Origin: Lama glama
Taxonomy: Eukaryota
NCBI GenBank assembly: GCA_028534125.1
Contig: CM052825.1
Location: 1,302,001-1,366,000 of the forward strand
Direction: 5' to 3'
Length of the DNA stretch: 64,000 nt
Position numbers and translations under genes: made by a program. Shown in pieces: positions 63,180 through 64,000 of the stretch (position 1 is the first letter of the stretch; each line of letters opens with the position of its first letter). The notes under the pieces are model-generated. The model worked only from the letters and a program-made list of their open reading frames with translations. It was not told the origin of the DNA and did not search any database.

Positions 63180-63450
63180 CTTCACTCACTGGAGGGGTCA
63201 GCCTCACTCAGCTGTCCACCCTCAAGTGATTCAGGGGGGATCAGACTGGTTTAAGCTCGCCACGGTGACCCCATCCTCTGTGGGTACCTGGTCCGGGGCA
63301 GACAAAACCCCGCCTGGACCAGTGAGGCTGGAGGCGAATCTGCTGGCCGGGAGCGTGGTGGGGGCTCCTAGGAAAGGTTTCCTTGTTCCAAAAAGGAGAT
63401 CCAAGAAAGAGGTCTCTCCTTTCTCCTTCTGATGCGACCCCTGGAACAAG
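63180..63450 (+). mobile_element. LTR16/LTR33-like ERVL LTR fragment
   Basis: ctggtttaagc...gaccagtgagg...ggggctcctaggaaaggtttccttgttccaaaaaggaga...tgatgcgacccctggaac. Confidence 0.55.
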
Positions 63451-63459
63451 CCCCTTCAA

Positions 63460-64000
63460 GACGACCCCTAGACGGCATGGGGCGGGGGGCAGGGGCCTGA
63501 ACACCGGGGGACCAGCCACAGGAAGAGAGGCTGGAACCTTCAGCTCCACCCCCATCTCCAGGGAGGGGAGAGGGGCTAGAGACCGAGCTAATCACCAACA
63601 GGCAAGACCTAACCAAGCAGGAACCTGCAGACAAACTGCCAAACCGGGGGGTTCAGAGAGCTTCCGGGCCAGTGGGCACCTGGAGGAACCGGGAGGGCAC
63701 CGCGCCCGGGGACGGCATGAGGCACTGCCCCCGCCCCCACCCCCACCCGCCATGCACCCTTCCTATCGGCTGTCGGCTCTCCCAGCCGCGCCCTCCGTAA
63801 CACACCAGTAACCCGAAGTAAAGGGCTTTCCTGAGTTCTGCCAATCCCTCCAGCAAATCACCAGGGGCAGAGGGGGTGCCTGAACCCGCAGTCAGACAGA
63901 AGCACAAGCAGCCTGGGAACCCGGAGGCGGGGGCCCTTGGGACGGGGCCCCCCACCTGTGGGGTCAGGGTCTGGCTGAGCTGAGTTGAACCCTGGGACAC
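63460..64000 (+). mobile_element. MER21-like ERVL LTR (runs off the window end)
   Basis: ggaaccttcagctccacccccatctccagggaggggagaggggctagagaccgagctaatcaccaa, gggttcagagagcttccgg and aagtaaagggctttcctgagttctg match remembered MER21 blocks. Confidence 0.8.

Noticed and set aside
1-64000. Host gene identity (considered LMF1, TSNARE1, INPP5A, LHPP, FAM53A, MAD1L1, CTDP1, EIPR1), CRISPR arrays, operon-like systems
   Set aside because: No translated segment matched those proteins as I remember them. There is no repeat-spacer array or prokaryotic gene organisation, and the DNA is mammalian non-coding.

Overview
This is GC-rich mammalian non-coding DNA, most likely from a camelid (camel or alpaca). 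The evidence is a tRNA-derived SINE at 44007-44173 with the camelid Vic-1-type tail (aaacctaattacctcccc), a cetartiodactyl-type L1 5'UTR/ORF1, and a MER41_BT-like LTR. I recognise no host protein-coding exon. The long ORFs in the track are what stop-codon-poor, GC-rich sequence produces by chance, and the only clearly protein-like ones are L1 ORF1p and a hAT transposase tail. The window looks like a large intron or gene desert. It has a general A>T skew on +, compatible with minus-strand transcription, and I could not identify the gene. It contains many old repeats (L1M, L2, MIR, Charlie1, LTR16-like, MER21-like), several of them heavily GC/CpG-shifted. About ten AT-rich, motif-dense islands resemble developmental enhancers, and there is one 136-N gap. 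The most notable observations are: (1) a complete MER41-like solo LTR with TSDs and an intact STAT GAS site; (2) a four-half-site DR1 nuclear-receptor array; (3) a ~4.6 kb block of reversed strand skew next to a scrambled L1, a possible inversion; (4) local CpG-rich patches formed inside L1 sequence; (5) a posterior HOX/CDX motif cluster. Repeat family names come from remembered consensus sequences, not from a database search, and boundaries are approximate unless TSDs are given. I find no evidence for a novel multi-gene system.
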